Source of the DNA: Mobula hypostoma
Lineage: Eukaryota
NCBI RefSeq assembly: GCF_963921235.1
Contig: NC_086097.1
Coordinates: 78,928,001 to 78,992,000 of the forward strand
Reading direction: 5' to 3'
DNA length: 64,000 nucleotides
In this document: one piece after another, positions 51,261 through 64,000 of the stretch
How positions within the stretch are numbered: position 1 is the first letter of the stretch
Layout: every line of letters starts with the position of its first letter
The notes under the pieces: model-generated
Told to the model about the DNA's origin: nothing
Databases searched by the model: none
The model's input: the letters and a program-made list of their open reading frames with translations, nothing else
Program-made: the position numbers and the translations under genes

Positions 51261-51852
51261 GAACAGTATTCAGGATAAGCTTTTCAATGTGTCTTGGCAT
51301 ATGTAACAATAATAAACCAATTCCAATTTTTTTCTTCCCACCTTTCAAAAGAATTAATGGTACACACATCTGCTCTTTCACCCTGCTCTCAGAATTTCAC
51401 TGCTAGAATAAAACCATGTTGTAATCTAGACAGAAAATATGATGGGACTAAATCACCTCCATTATCTAGCTCAAATTTTCTGTCCTATAAGGCTAGAAAG
51501 AAAATGAGGGATGGACAAAAATTAATTATGGCAAAGTCCATCTCTTCTCAACCAAAACCACAATTGTCAGTACACTTTAACTGCAGCAATTAGAAAGTTT
51601 TGGAAGTTTCCAAGCAAAATGGAAAACATTAATATAATATTTAAAATATGTAAAATTCTTATTAATATATATGCACCTCTCAGAAGCTAATTTCTACTCC
51701 ATTGGTGAGAGCCCACAATCAACATATTAGCACAATTTTAAAGTCACGTAAATTATTAAACAATGCCTGTTGTTTGTTTTTATCTACATATGGAAAATAT
51801 TTTCAATATTTTATTACCATATTATTAAAGCCGACAGATCTAATCCAATTAC

Positions 51853-52058
51853 CTTGAGACATCTGCTGCAGACATTTTCTTGCGCAAAGTGCTGGTATTT
51901 CTTTTTCTGAATGAGCTACGACTGGATAATTCCTGTAAATATGTTTTCAGGTGACCTTTGGCTTCTACCAACCACCCTTGTTGAGCTCCCAAGGTGCTAT
52001 ATGATTCTGCTTTGTGACTGAAAAACCTGATGCAAGTCATAGCTGCTCGCATATGATC
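51853..52058 (-). CDS. ZFYVE26: ZFYVE26 coding exon (DHMRAAMTCIRFF...KKMSAADVS)
   Basis: ttcag acceptor, gtaatt donor, 206 bp; preceded by an 87 bp intron. Confidence 0.9.
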
Positions 52059-52145
52059 CTGAAATGAAGATATTGCGAAATATCAATTTACTTATCTGGT
52101 CTACTTGAACAGAGTTTATACAACCAAGTCAAAAAATGCAACTAC

Positions 52146-52343
52146 CTTCATGAAGCACTGCAGATCATATAGAATGTTGAAGAAACCCTGTTTCTGCAGA
52201 TGCTTGCAGGATGCAAAGAGGTGGCGACTCCACGTCTCCAGGCTTGGATCCAGATCTTCCATCAAATTTTCTAAATCATGCAGTTTTCCAGTTTTATAAC
52301 TTGGGATGAAAATCCCTCGGATGAACACTTCTTCAGGACAATC
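52146..52343 (-). CDS. ZFYVE26: ZFYVE26 coding exon (DCPEEVFIRGIFIPSYKTGKLH...LQCFMK)
   Basis: ttttag acceptor, gtagtt donor, 198 bp. Confidence 0.9.
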
Positions 52344-53121
52344 CTAAAAGTGGGAAATAGAAATTGTTTAAAATTGAAATACTGCACCTTGATCAAAACA
52401 GCAAGTTCCACATGCAAAATTCTAAATAAAAATACAGCAGGCCTTTAAATAATGGAAATGGAAATTTAGTTCTGTAACACCAAACTACTAATCTCCTTTT
52501 GATTTCATTAAATAAATGTAATATTATTCAATTTTTAAATTCATTTTTCTATTTTAGTTTAATCCTGACAAACAATAAGTGGCCATCAGGTTTGTGTTGG
52601 CAACAATACAAAGAAGCATCTTCTCACCCTTGTTCAGTTAACCAGTATAACCCACAGGGTTCCACATTCAAATTACGTTCTTATAGGTTTCTTCTGATTT
52701 GCCAGTGAATTAATTGGCACACATCAAGTGTTTGTGGCCTCTAGCTTTGAACTAGCTTCCGAGTAGATTATGTACTTTAGCTAATACCATAAACTACAAG
52801 TTTGGGAATAACTGAGTTCAGAAGTTGGCCTGCCAGAATTTACCGAAGAATTCATGTAAAATAAAACACTCTGCATCTCTTTCTAAATTCAATTAATTTC
52901 CCTTACTCAAAGATATCCTAATATTCCCCCAGCTACAAAAACAGGGAGGTAACCTGTATTCTGTCTCCTTCTTTGACTGCCAATTCCTGCATCTGAGTCT
53001 ATCGCATTGATGTTCATGAGGCATAACTACACCACCTTACTAGTCATCCTTCTGTGTCACAGCAATAATAGATAAATCTATCACTGACAGGTTGTAAAAG
53101 ACAGCAAGTACAATGCCTTAC

Positions 53122-53340
53122 TTTATTCAGCAGATGCTCCAGTGCTTCTCTTGTACAGTTGTGTCTCATATAAAAACTAATAATGGCCAGGTTGGAGCCA
53201 TAGCTTTGTAAGTAGAACAGGCATTCGTCGTAAAAGACTTGCTGCTTGACCGTTCCGTCTCCTTTAATTTCAGGGGCTGCACCATTGACCTTCAGCATAG
53301 TCTCTAGCTCTCTCAATGAAGCAAGGATGTCATCACCCTG
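53122..53340 (-). CDS. ZFYVE26: ZFYVE26 coding exon (QGDDILASLRELE...ECLFYLQSYGSNLAIISFYMRH...)
   Basis: Tandem cagCAG acceptor, gtaagg donor, 219 bp (216 bp with the other AG). Confidence 0.88.
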
Positions 53341-54829
53341 CTGTTTATGGAAAAATAAACATAATCAAAACACACTTTATTAAATAATGTCAGGGTAATT
53401 TGCTGTAAATTGAGAATGCACAAAACACCAAAAATATTCACATTACTGACCCAGGAAATAAAGCTTTGCAACTTTTTACAAGAAATTAAAACAACTGGTG
53501 TGCTCCTAAACTGAATGAATCCACTAAATATATGATGTCCAAGGCCAAAGGCACCAACAGTGACTATTTTTTTTAAATTCAGCTTTTAGATATTACAGGA
53601 AAAGAACAAATTGACAACGGGATGTCAATAAACCCAAGCAAATTCTAAGAATTTCAAAATACATTCTCTGATAATAAATGGAACCATTTGAAATAGTTAT
53701 TTAGGTATTTAATATTGCCAAGACACATTGCAAGTTTTTTCTAAATCTATACTAAAAATCACTCTAGGTTTATTCTAATCAGATGATCATGTTTTAATCT
53801 GGGGTTACAAAAGTAATTATGTCCCACTGCACTGGTTCATAGAGTAAAAGAATCCTGAGTTTCAGTAAAGCCTGAATCGTAACTTTAAATGGCAGGTGTT
53901 GGCTGAAAGCGATGTGTTATGATAGCTGCATATCATCAGTTTTCACTAACATTCAGGAGAATCTCAATACGAGTGTCTATAATGATCAAGTGCATCCTTA
54001 TTCACTGAGAGCTCCTCTGCATTAAAATCTCATTCAGACTTTCTTGATGCAGGTGTTTCTCTTTCAGAGAGGATTAATGTACAAGGCATGTTGTAAAAAT
54101 GCAAAGCTCCATCCACTCAGCTGTTTCAAGACAAAGTTCAGACATCTAACCTCATAGCTTAATCTTAATAATGTGCCCTATATAATTCAACTTTAATAGG
54201 ATCCCTGACATGCTTTAAATATGCTTGTGATTCTTCTCCCTTTATTAATTTTGTTTTTAGTTTTTCATCACTTAATTATGCTTTTAAGCATATTTACTGT
54301 TTGTTTTATTTACAAATTTTTTTTAGTTTTTAATTATTTAAAGCCTTTCAGACTAACTCTTCTGTTCATCAGAGATAATTAAAAGTAGTTCCATAATGCA
54401 GGGAGCCGTCAGGGTGGTCTGGAAGCAAGGCCTCAGAATCTCCATTTTATGGGCTGTTCTCTGGGGAAGCCGTTACAGCAATGAAGTTTGGTGATGAGAT
54501 TCCAATCTCTGTCCCATAAGAGGTTAGTAAGGCTGAAGATATCGCACAGGAGAGGGGGCAGAGGTGTTTACAAGGTACAAGGCCAGATAGGGCTTCAACC
54601 TACTTGTTTCTATTTCCATGGATGCTACCTGACCTGCTCAGTATTGCCAGCATTTTCAGAGTGTTTTTAAAAATTCAGATACACAGAATTTAGTTTTTGT
54701 TATGCCAAATAGCTGGAAGTGCAGAGTATTTATGAAAACCAAATGAGTAATTAAAGTGACAAAACTTGTACCACCAGAGTTAGCATTTTTTAATTCCTGC
54801 TGGGATTACTTTATTTTTAAGCTCATTAC

Positions 54830-55039
54830 CGTAGACAAAGCAGGTTTTACAGAAGTCTCCAAGTGCTGGACTATTTCTTGCAGGAGTGAAGAGCCGAGAT
54901 GTAGCTGATTTCGATCAAAAGGTGGATTTAAGCAGCGAGAAAATTTCTCTCGAGCTCCAGATAGGTTCCCTACTTTGAGGCAGGCTAATCCCCAAGCATG
55001 CCAGACCCCAGTTGGATCCAAGCCACTCTTGGTTGAAAC
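54830..55039 (-). CDS. ZFYVE26: ZFYVE26 coding exon (VSTKSGLDPTGVWHAWGLACLK...)
   Basis: ttttccag acceptor, gtaatg donor, 210 bp. Confidence 0.9.
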
Positions 55040-55057
55040 CTGGAAAATAAAAGCATT

Positions 55058-56522
55058 GATTGGAGGGTGGCTAATGTAACTCCACTTTTTAAAAAAGGAG
55101 GGAGAGAGAAACCGGGGAATTATGGACCGGTTAGCCTAACGTCGGTGGTGGGGAAAATGCTAGAGTCAGTTATCAAAGATGTGATAACAGCACATTTGGA
55201 AAGCGGTGAAATCATCGGACAAAGTCAGCATGGATTTGTGAAAGGAAAATCATGTCTGACGCATCTCATAGAATTTTTTGAGGATGTAACTAGTAGAGTG
55301 GATAGGGGAGAACCAGTGGATGTGCTATATTTGGATTTTCAAAAGGCTTTTGCCAAGGTCCCACACAGGAGATTAGTGTGCAAACTTAAAGCACACGTTA
55401 TTGGGGGTAAGGTATTGATGTGGATACAGAATTGGTTAGCAGACAGGAAGCAAAGAGTGGGAATAAACGGGACCTTTTCAGAATGGCAGGCAGTGACTAG
55501 TGGGGTACCGCAAGGCACAGTGCTGGGACCCCAGTTGTTTACAATATATATTAATGACTTGGATGAGGGAATTAAATGCAGCATCTCCAAGTTTGCGGAT
55601 GACACAAAGCTGGGTGGCAGTGTTAGCTGTGAGGAGGATGCTAAGAGGATGCAGGGTGACTTGGATAGGTTGGGTGAGTGGGCAAATTCATGGCAGATGC
55701 AATTTAATGTGGATAAATGTGAAGTTATCCACTTTGGTGGCAAAAATAGGAAAACAGATTATTATCTGAATGGTGGCCGATTAGGAAAAGGGGAGGTGCA
55801 ACGAGACCTGGGTGTCATTATACACCAGTCATTGAAAGTGGGCATGCAGGTACAGCAGGCGGTGAAAAAGGCGAATGGTATGCTGGCATTTATAGCGAGA
55901 GGATTCGAGTACAGGAGCAGGGAGGTACTACTGCAGTTGTACAAGGCCTTGGTGAGACCACACCTGGAGTATTGTGTGCAGTTTTGGTCCCCTAATCTGA
56001 GGAAAGACATCCTTGCCTTAGAGGGAGTACAAAGAAGGTTCACCAGATTGATTCCTGGGATGGCAGGACTTTCATATGAAGAAAGACTGGATGAACTGGG
56101 CTTGTACTCGTTGGAATTTAGAAGATTGAGGGGGGATCTGATTGAAACGTATAAGATCCTAAAGGGATTGGACAGGCTAGATGCAGGAAGATTGTTCCCG
56201 ATGTTGGGGAAGTCCAGAACGAGGGGCCACAGTCTGAGGATAGAGGGGAAGCCTTTTAGGACCGAGATGAGGAAAAACTTCTTCACACAGAGAGTGGTGA
56301 ATCTGTGGAATTCTCTGCCACAGGAAACAGTTGAGGCCAGTTCATTGGCTATATTTAAGAGGGAGTTAGATATGGCCCTTGTGGCTACGGGGGTCAGGGG
56401 GTATGGAGGGAAGGCTGGGGCGGGGTTCTGAGTTGGATGATCAGCCATGATCATAATAAATGGCGGTGCAGGCTCGAAGGGCTGAATGGCCTACTCCTGC
56501 ACCTATTTTCTATGTTTCTATG
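55058..56522 (+). mobile_element. 5'-truncated CR1 LINE with uninterrupted RT frame
   Basis: ORF 55067..56431 (DFQKAF, GVPQGTVLGP, FADD); tttctatg 3' repeats. Confidence 0.93.
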
Positions 56523-57699
56523 ACATCAATTCACCTTGTGACCCGATACAAAATAAGCAACAGAAGTAATCAAATAATGTATAGAAAATTAAAATGCTTA
56601 AAATAATACCCTCAATGCCTAAAACGGCTCTCCAGATATTACTGTGGAAATTCATCTCAAAAAGCAAATAGAGCAAGTTATTTGTAATATCAGGAGATCT
56701 TATAAATAGAAGATTTAAGAACTTGGTCTGGTTATTAACCATAAGGGCCATTAACCCATTGGATCTACAAGAACGTCAGCAGAGTAATCCCATCAACCCA
56801 ATTTTCCTCATCTACTTCCCCCTGTAGCCCTTCAATTTATCTCCTCCAACATGCACATTAATTTCCACTGTGATTCCTTTGTGTGTCACTTAGCTGAACT
56901 AAATGGTAATTGACAGTAGCCAATTAACCTACTAGTACATCTTTAGAATGTGGGAGGAATCCAGAACATTTGGAGAAAACCAAAGCATGCTCACACAGAG
57001 AATACGTGCAAACTCTGTCAAACATCAGAATCAAACTTGCATCCTAGCAGCTGTGAGATAGAAGCACAAACTGCTCTGCCACCAAAGCACTCTTTCAAGT
57101 TCAGGCTGCATTGACAAGATCTAGATTAATAAACTAAGTTCAAAAGCTAGACTAACACTTTCCCAATAGCAATTGCCTAGTATGCCATTAACACGGTGAT
57201 TTAGTTGGCAGCTTGCTCCATTTCCAATTAGAACTCTGCTAACTCGGACATCAAAACTGCCCTAATATTTGGTCAACATCATTCCAACAAATACCAGCCA
57301 AATTATACTAAATAGCTACGTTTCCAAATTCTCACTGCTCATTCTTGGTTGATCAGACAGGTTAATGATTATGGAGAGAAGATGGGAGAAATGGGCAGAG
57401 AACAGTAGATAAAAATCAAACAGGATTGTAAAATGGAGCAGACTTAATAAGTTGAATAGCGTAGATCTGCTCCTTAAGACTTCTATATATGCATATTGGC
57501 CTCCATCATTCCTTACAATAATAATGGACACTACAATTCTAAAGTCATTGACCAGATGTGCAGCTTTAAAATAATATTGAAAGAATTTCATCATCCAGAG
57601 CCAATTCCCTGGTATTTCAATATTACCATACCATTACTGTTATGCCAGATACTAATCCCAACCCTGATTGCATGAATCTAAATAAAAATATTCACTTAC

Positions 57700-57847
57700 C
57701 TCAACAGCTAGTGCATAGTATTCAGTTTCTAAAAGCTTATTTCTCAACCTTGTGATGGCTGCTGGTTTAAGGATTTGTTCAAGGGAAGGTACATCCTGGT
57801 AGTTGGCAGCAACTAAAATCTTCATTACATCCACCTTGCTGATGTAA
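57700..57847 (-). CDS. ZFYVE26: ZFYVE26 coding exon (YISKVDVMKILVAANY...YYALAVE)
   Basis: tgcag acceptor, gtaagt donor, 148 bp, phase-compatible with neighbours. Confidence 0.9.
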
Positions 57848-58263
57848 CTGCATGAAGTGACAGAAACCATGAAACAAAGCTTGAAAAAGAAATTCTATAA
57901 GAAATACAATAGAGGTCTTGTTTAATTTAAATTTCTCTGAGGTAAATTATACCCACAGATACCCTTCACACTCATGCAGATACAGTAGCAGTCATTCAAG
58001 AACTTCAGGGTCACCAGGTATTGACACCTGGTGAAAATGCATCAGGAACTGTGTATAGATCAACACACAGAGGGATACACTTGAAGAGGAAGTGGAGCAA
58101 ATGTTGACCAGATGAACTCTTGGGTTGGCTGGATTATCATACAGGAGATTACACAGAGTGAGTCCATATTTTCTTTCGTCAGAGGAACAAGATGTGAATA
58201 GTGCCATTTTCTTATAGGGCTTCAAGGAGTAAATGCTGAGTTGATATTTACCCATCTCATGTG

Positions 58264-59900
58264 TCAGAATCAGAATCAGATTTAATATCACTGGCATATG
58301 TCATGCAACTTGTTTTCCAGCAGCAGTACATTGCAATAAATAATAATTAACACTATAAATTAAAGAATATATAGGTAGTGCAAAAAGAGAGGGAAACAAG
58401 TGGGATAGTGTTCATGGGTTCATTGTCCATTCAGAAATCTGACGGCGGTAAGGAAGAAGCTGTTCCCGTAACGTTGAATGTGCGTTTTCAGGCTCCTGTA
58501 CCTCCCCTTTGATAGTAGCATTGAGTAAAGGGCATGTCCTGAGTGATGGGGTCCTTAATGATGGATGCCACCTTTTAAAAGTGTACTCAATGCTAGGAAG
58601 GCTAGTCCCCATGATGGAGCTGGCTGGGTGGCACCTCCATACCAGGGACGATATACCCAGTTAGAATGCTCTCCACTGTACATCTGTAGAAATTTATGAG
58701 CGTCTTTGGTGACATACCAATTTTCCTCGAATTCCTAATGAAATACAGCTGCTGTCATATCTTCTTTGTAACTGCATCAGTATGTTGGGCCCAGAATAGT
58801 TCTTCAGAGATGTTGACCACCAGGAACTTGAAACCGCTCAGACTTTCCACTGCTGACCTGTCAATGAGGACTGGTGTGTCTTCTCTCAACTTTCCCTTCC
58901 TGAAGTCCACAATCAATTCCTTGGTCTTACTGATGTCGAGTTCAAGATTGTTGCTGCGACACCACTGAATCAGCTGATCTATCTTGTTCATGTACACCTT
59001 CTTGTCACATGTTGAAATTCTGCCATCAATAGTTGTGTCGGCGGCAAATTTATAGATGGTGCTTGAGTTGTGCTTAACCACACAGTCACAGAGAGTAGGC
59101 AGTGGGCTAAGCACACTTCCTTAAGGTGCGCCAGTGTTAACTGTCAGTGAGGAGGAGATGTTACTTCAGATCTGCACACTGTGGTCTCCTGGTGAGGAAA
59201 TCGAGGATCCAGTTGCAGAGGGAGGTACGGAGGCCCAGGTTTTGGAGATTGTTGATTAGAACTGAAGGTATGATTGTGTTAAATGCTAAGCTGCATCATG
59301 ACTCTTGCCCAGGTGATCCAAGGCCAAAGGGAGAGCCAATGAGTATTGCATCACTGTAGATCTATAGTGGCAAGAGGCAAATCTTGCTGGGACAGGAGTT
59401 GATTCTAGCTATGAACAACCTCTGAAAGTGCTTCATTACAGTAAATACAATCGTCATTGAGGCAGCTCACCTTTCTTGGGCACTGGTATGACTATCATCC
59501 CTATGAAACAGGTGGGAATGTCTGACTGCAGCAGAAGGTGTATCAGAATTGTTTTCTTTTCACTCTTAAAATAGTTTTCTTTGAGTTGTACCTGGATTTC
59601 TTATATAGTTCTGGAACACTGGTCTTGAAAGCCACAGACCTAGCTCTCAGCAGACTATGACTCCCCTGGTTCATCAAAGGCTTTTGGTTTGGGTATGTCA
59701 GGTATGTTCTTGAAGGCACACACTCATCCACACAGGTCTTGAAGAAGTCAGTGACAACTGTGGTGTATTCATTCAGACTCGAAGATTATTGTCTAGTCCA
59801 CTGACTCAAAACAGTCCCGTAAGTGCTCCTCTACCTCCCTTGACCATTCCTCCTTGGTCCTTGACACTGGTGTTACAATCTTTAGTCTTTACTTATTTGC
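58264..59900 (-). mobile_element. Degenerate Rex/Babar-type LINE fragment
   Basis: ORF 58755..59114 (YKFAADTTI...KTKELIVDFRK); cagaat tail repeats shared with 16971-17725; the 5' boundary is approximate. Confidence 0.75.
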
Positions 59901-60397
59901 TGGGAACAGTACAGCCACGTGATCAGAATTTCCAAAATGTGAGCATGGGACGACAAGGTAAGTGTTGTTGATGGTGGTACAACAGTGATCAAATACGTTG
60001 GCTCCTCTGGTTCCACAGGTGATATGTTGGTAGTAGTTGTTCAGAAACTTCAAGCTGGCCTAGTTGAAATCTCCCACGATGATAGGGAAGGCACAAGGGT
60101 GTGCACTTCCTTGCCTGCTGATTACATTGCTTAGCTCCTTCAGTGCCTACCTGACATTGGCCTGAGGTGGAATGTGCACCACTACCAGGAACCATGGATC
60201 ACAGTCTTAAAATACATAAAGTCTCACAATCAAGACAGAGAAAAGGTGAAGTAGTAGAATTCCCTTTTCCAGAGGTATAAAGATAAAGTGCTGTGATTTT
60301 GGGGTATGAAGGGAATCAAGAGATAAAAGATTCAGTGTCACTTAAGAATGATTTGGCCAAAGGGATATCTTGGCATCCATTGTCTGCATAAAAGCTG

Positions 60398-61301
60398 TAT
60401 TAGGTACATCTGCACCTCTGCTCATTAATGCAAATATTAATCACACAATCATGTGGCAGCAACTCAATGGATAAAAGTACGCAGACAAGGTCAAGAGGTT
60501 CAGTTGCCATTCAGACCAAACATGAGAATGGGGAAGAAATGTACCCAGCTAACACACTTTTTGTCCCTCTTCCCTCCAGGAGAAGGCTCAGGAGCTTGAA
60601 GACTCGTACGGCCAGAATTGGGAACAGCTTCTTTCCAACTGTGATAAGACTGCTGAACGGATCCTGACCCGGATCTGGGCTGTACTCTCTAAATATCCGG
60701 ACCTGCCTCTCGGTTTTTTTGCACTACCTTACTTCCCATTTTTCTATTTTCTACTTATGATTTGTAATTTAAATTTTTAATATTTACTATTGATTTGTAA
60801 TCCAGGGAGCGGGAAGCGCAGAATCAAATATCGCTGTGATGATTGTACGTTCTAGTATCAATTGTTTGGCGACAATAAAGTATAAAGTATAAATGTGACC
60901 TAAGTGACCATGGAAAGATTGTTGGTGCCAGACAGGATAGTTTGAGTATCTCAGAAACTGCTGATCTCTTGGGATTTTTACACACAACAGTCTCTAGAGT
61001 TTACAGAGAATGGTGCGAAAAACAAACAAAAAAAAAATCCAGTGAGTGGCAGCCCCTTTGTGCAAAAACGCCTTGTTAACGAGAGAGGTCAGAGAAGAAT
61101 GGCCATGACTGGTTCAAGCTGACAGGAAGCGACAGCAATTTTTAAAAAAATACACATTGCAGCAGTGGTATGCAGAAGAGCATCTCTGAATGTACAACAT
61201 GTCAATCCATGAAGTGGATGGGCTACATACAGCAGCAGAAGACCACTAACACACACTTTTTTTGAAGTACAGGAGGTACCTAATAAAGTGTCCGCTGAGT
61301 G
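60398..61301 (+). mobile_element. Tc1/mariner-like non-autonomous element interrupted by a Rex-like 3' fragment (60543-60890)
   Basis: tattaggtac / gtacctaata terminal inverted motifs, terminal TA, transposase HTH-like remnant; insert flanked by TSD aaatgt with a tataaag tail. Confidence 0.7.
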
Positions 61302-61549
61302 TACCATCCAAGAAGATTATGAGGGGTGATAGAATGTGCTAACACTGCAAATATTAAGACCAAATAATATTATGAATGCACTATTTCTTGTAGACACATT
61401 TTATGAAAATCTGCTTATTTTCAAGTAAACAAGGTTGCTACATGAGAACATAAATCACTGACATCAGACATAAAAGATCATTATTTTTATCTGAGGTAAA
61501 ATTCTTTTAAGAGAAAAACCAGTACCAGAATAGTGACAATGCACCTCAC

Positions 61550-61770
61550 CTGTCACAAAGTGCTAGGTCCTGGCTCCTTCCTGCTTTAACAAACATCATT
61601 TTAGCACTGAAGAGGAGTTGCTTCATGATGTCCATTAAGAGGCAAGCGTCCACTTCTGGGTTTGTTAATGCTTGTGACAGTTTGCTGCAATGGTCTATCA
61701 GCTGATGGCCACACACCATGCTATTGCTGTGTAAGTTCAGTATAGCAATACACAGAGAAGCACTGGGAGC
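61550..61770 (-). CDS. ZFYVE26: ZFYVE26 (spastizin) coding exon (APSASLCIAILNLH...DLALCD)
   Basis: Minus-strand cag acceptor and gtgag donor, 221 bp; recognisable spastizin C-terminal region. Confidence 0.9.
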
Positions 61771-64000
61771 CTGTAAAACATACAGCACTTTTTCCACAAT
61801 TCCATTGTTTTCATTCTATACATTTCCTCCTAGTCTTCACCACTTAAATTTCCCAAGTCTTTTTAACAGCAACAAGGCAACAGGTAGTGAAATTACTTCA
61901 GGATCTGCTTCTCTTCCATTTTATGTGCCTCCCTTCACTGTGAAGAAATTGCTGAAGGCCATGACAGAAGAGAGAGCCTAAGCTACAAGCAAGGATTTTT
62001 TAAGGAAGATCACAACAGTAGCCAAGAACCACACTGGATCTTGAGAATAATTGCACTGCGTTAACTGCAACCCCTGTTGAGGTACCTACAGTATCTGCAA
62101 AGACCAGCAATTATTTTTGGAACTAGGGACATGGATGGATTTAATGTTACTTAATCCATTGGCATTATTGTAAGGAGCCTTTGAATGGCTTTTATCTTAC
62201 AACATACGGAAATTCACAGAGAGCTTAACTGGTTCTTTTCTCAGAAAAAGAATCCATTAAATTCTATCATGATTTATGTTCCAACTCAGTGGTAATATTT
62301 TAATTCTTGACTCAGATGGTTTTAGATATAAACCAGATTCCAAGAACTGGGCACATAACTTAGGCTGGCATTTCAATGCAGCACCAAATATTTTACAGTG
62401 TTGGAGGTGAAGCTGAAATAATAAAACAAACATCAGGAGTACTGGCTATCTGAAATAAACACAGAAAATGCAGGAGTTGCTCAATAGGTCAGTAGAATCT
62501 GTGAAGAGAGAAACAGAACTAATGATGCATTCAAAACATCTGTTTCCATACTTGTAAATATGACCCAAAGGTACCACAAAAAAAGGCAGCAATGCATTCA
62601 CTTAATGAGCTAGCAAGAAACCGATATGCAAACAGTGCCAGCTTCTACAAGTATACTTACAGTGTTGGACCCCTAGAGGAATTAACTGGGTAATTAATAA
62701 TAGGAACTATAACAGTAGAGACTTCCACAAGGGAGGAAGACGCTCCCTTGAAAAAGTCTCTTAGTAAACTAACAGGAATGAAAGTTGAAGAATTCTATTT
62801 CATGTGAAATATCAAAAATTGCCTGGTTGGGTACAATTCAGAAGAAGCTATTTTTTTTAAATTACAGGATTTGAGATTCATGCCACTCTCGAATTTTGGA
62901 GGCACAGTGTGAAAGGAGCTCACTAACAATCCTTTTTGTAGCCACACTCCAAAAGATGAGAACCAAGAATCTTGAGAGAGGAAATAGGGATAACATGGCT
63001 GGATGAGAAACAAATGTCACATCCATGGTTATGCAAGTCCTTTCTGGGACTTCTGGCTGCATTAATGACTGCCAAACCAGAAGGAATTAACAGGGCCAGT
63101 TAGAGACAGCCTCTAACAATCTTAAGCTATAATGTATCACTTGTACAGCTGAGATTGAGAAAAGATCAACACCAGTTACCTGACTACCTTGGAAAAATGA
63201 TAGCATGCATTTTTGTGAATGTCCACTACAAGTACATTGTGTCACGCCAGACTGTTGACCACAATAAATGAAGTGCTTTGCAAAACAGATACATGCATAT
63301 CTGTTTACACCGTCTGCAAGAAGTTTTTGAGAAAGGTGTGCTATTTTGTTTACTCTGAAGCCACCTACAGCTTGTTATGGCTGCAACTCTATCTATGTGC
63401 AACAAACAGAAATTCTAACTTATTATGCATGATTCTAACTTATCATGCAAAAAGACGGCGGAGCTCAGGAGGGTTAATGGCGCCTAATGGCAACTCCTTT
63501 GCTTGCATCTTCGGAAATAGCTCTATTTCCATCTTTAATATCTCTATTTTCCCCTTTCAGGGTTCTTTTGAAGACCCTGACTTGGATTTGCACACTGACT
63601 TCAGTTCTTTGCAGGAATGGGACCCACTCTCAGGGTTTCACAACTGGCCGTTGTTCGGCATGCCAGGGGCTCAGCCTAAGAGCTCTGCTCACCTTCGGAG
63701 GACCAAGATTCCGTGGCTCCGGAGACGGGGGGGTGGGGGGGGGATGTCGGAGGTTGGTGTACGAGCTGAAGACCAGTGTGTTGCGGGAGATGGAAGATCT
63801 AAGGCTGTGTATCCAGAGACCTGAGATCTTTGGGCACAGAGCTCGGAAAAAGCGATGCAACGGACTTTTAACATCGTAAACCAGCAAGTTGTTTGTTATT
63901 TCTCCCCTCTCGCTATGAATAGAAGACATCTCTTTCTCCCTTATTTGGGAGAGAGAGAGCCTGTGGTATGTCGAATGCTGGGTGAACAATGTAGCCTTTG

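Noticed and set aside
55762..56454. 230 aa minus-strand ORF and similar antisense ORFs over LINEs
   Set aside because: These are shadow frames of CR1 ORF2 with no independent evidence
63219..64000. 201 aa ORF and GC-richer block at the window end
   Set aside because: No recognisable domain; it lies in a ZFYVE26 intron and looks like an unclassified repeat truncated by the window edge

Overview
This is eukaryotic vertebrate genomic DNA, most likely a cartilaginous fish (ray/shark), inferred from the gene pair and the CR1/Penelope/Rex-rich repeat content. Two intron-containing genes lie tail-to-tail. On + are six coding exons of a retinol dehydrogenase RDH12/RDH11-type SDR (1065-38198; its first coding exon is not seen in the window). 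On - are the last 11 coding exons of ZFYVE26/spastizin (61770-43183). Their stop codons are separated by a ~5 kb stretch with no recognisable transposons. The introns, especially the 19.6 kb RDH intron (8237-27813), are packed with nested mobile elements: CR1, L1 and Rex/Babar LINEs, two Gypsy LTR elements, a Tigger/pogo element, a Tc1-like element and a tRNA-headed SINE. The most striking pattern is a family of Penelope-like elements (PLEs) whose copies here encode only a GIY-YIG endonuclease and carry minimal hammerhead-ribozyme motifs. They repeatedly insert as asymmetric hairpins with ~10-13 bp target-site duplications (TSDs). One 2.3 kb palindrome landed on the YADD motif of an L1 reverse transcriptase. 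All calls were made by eye; no database searches were run.
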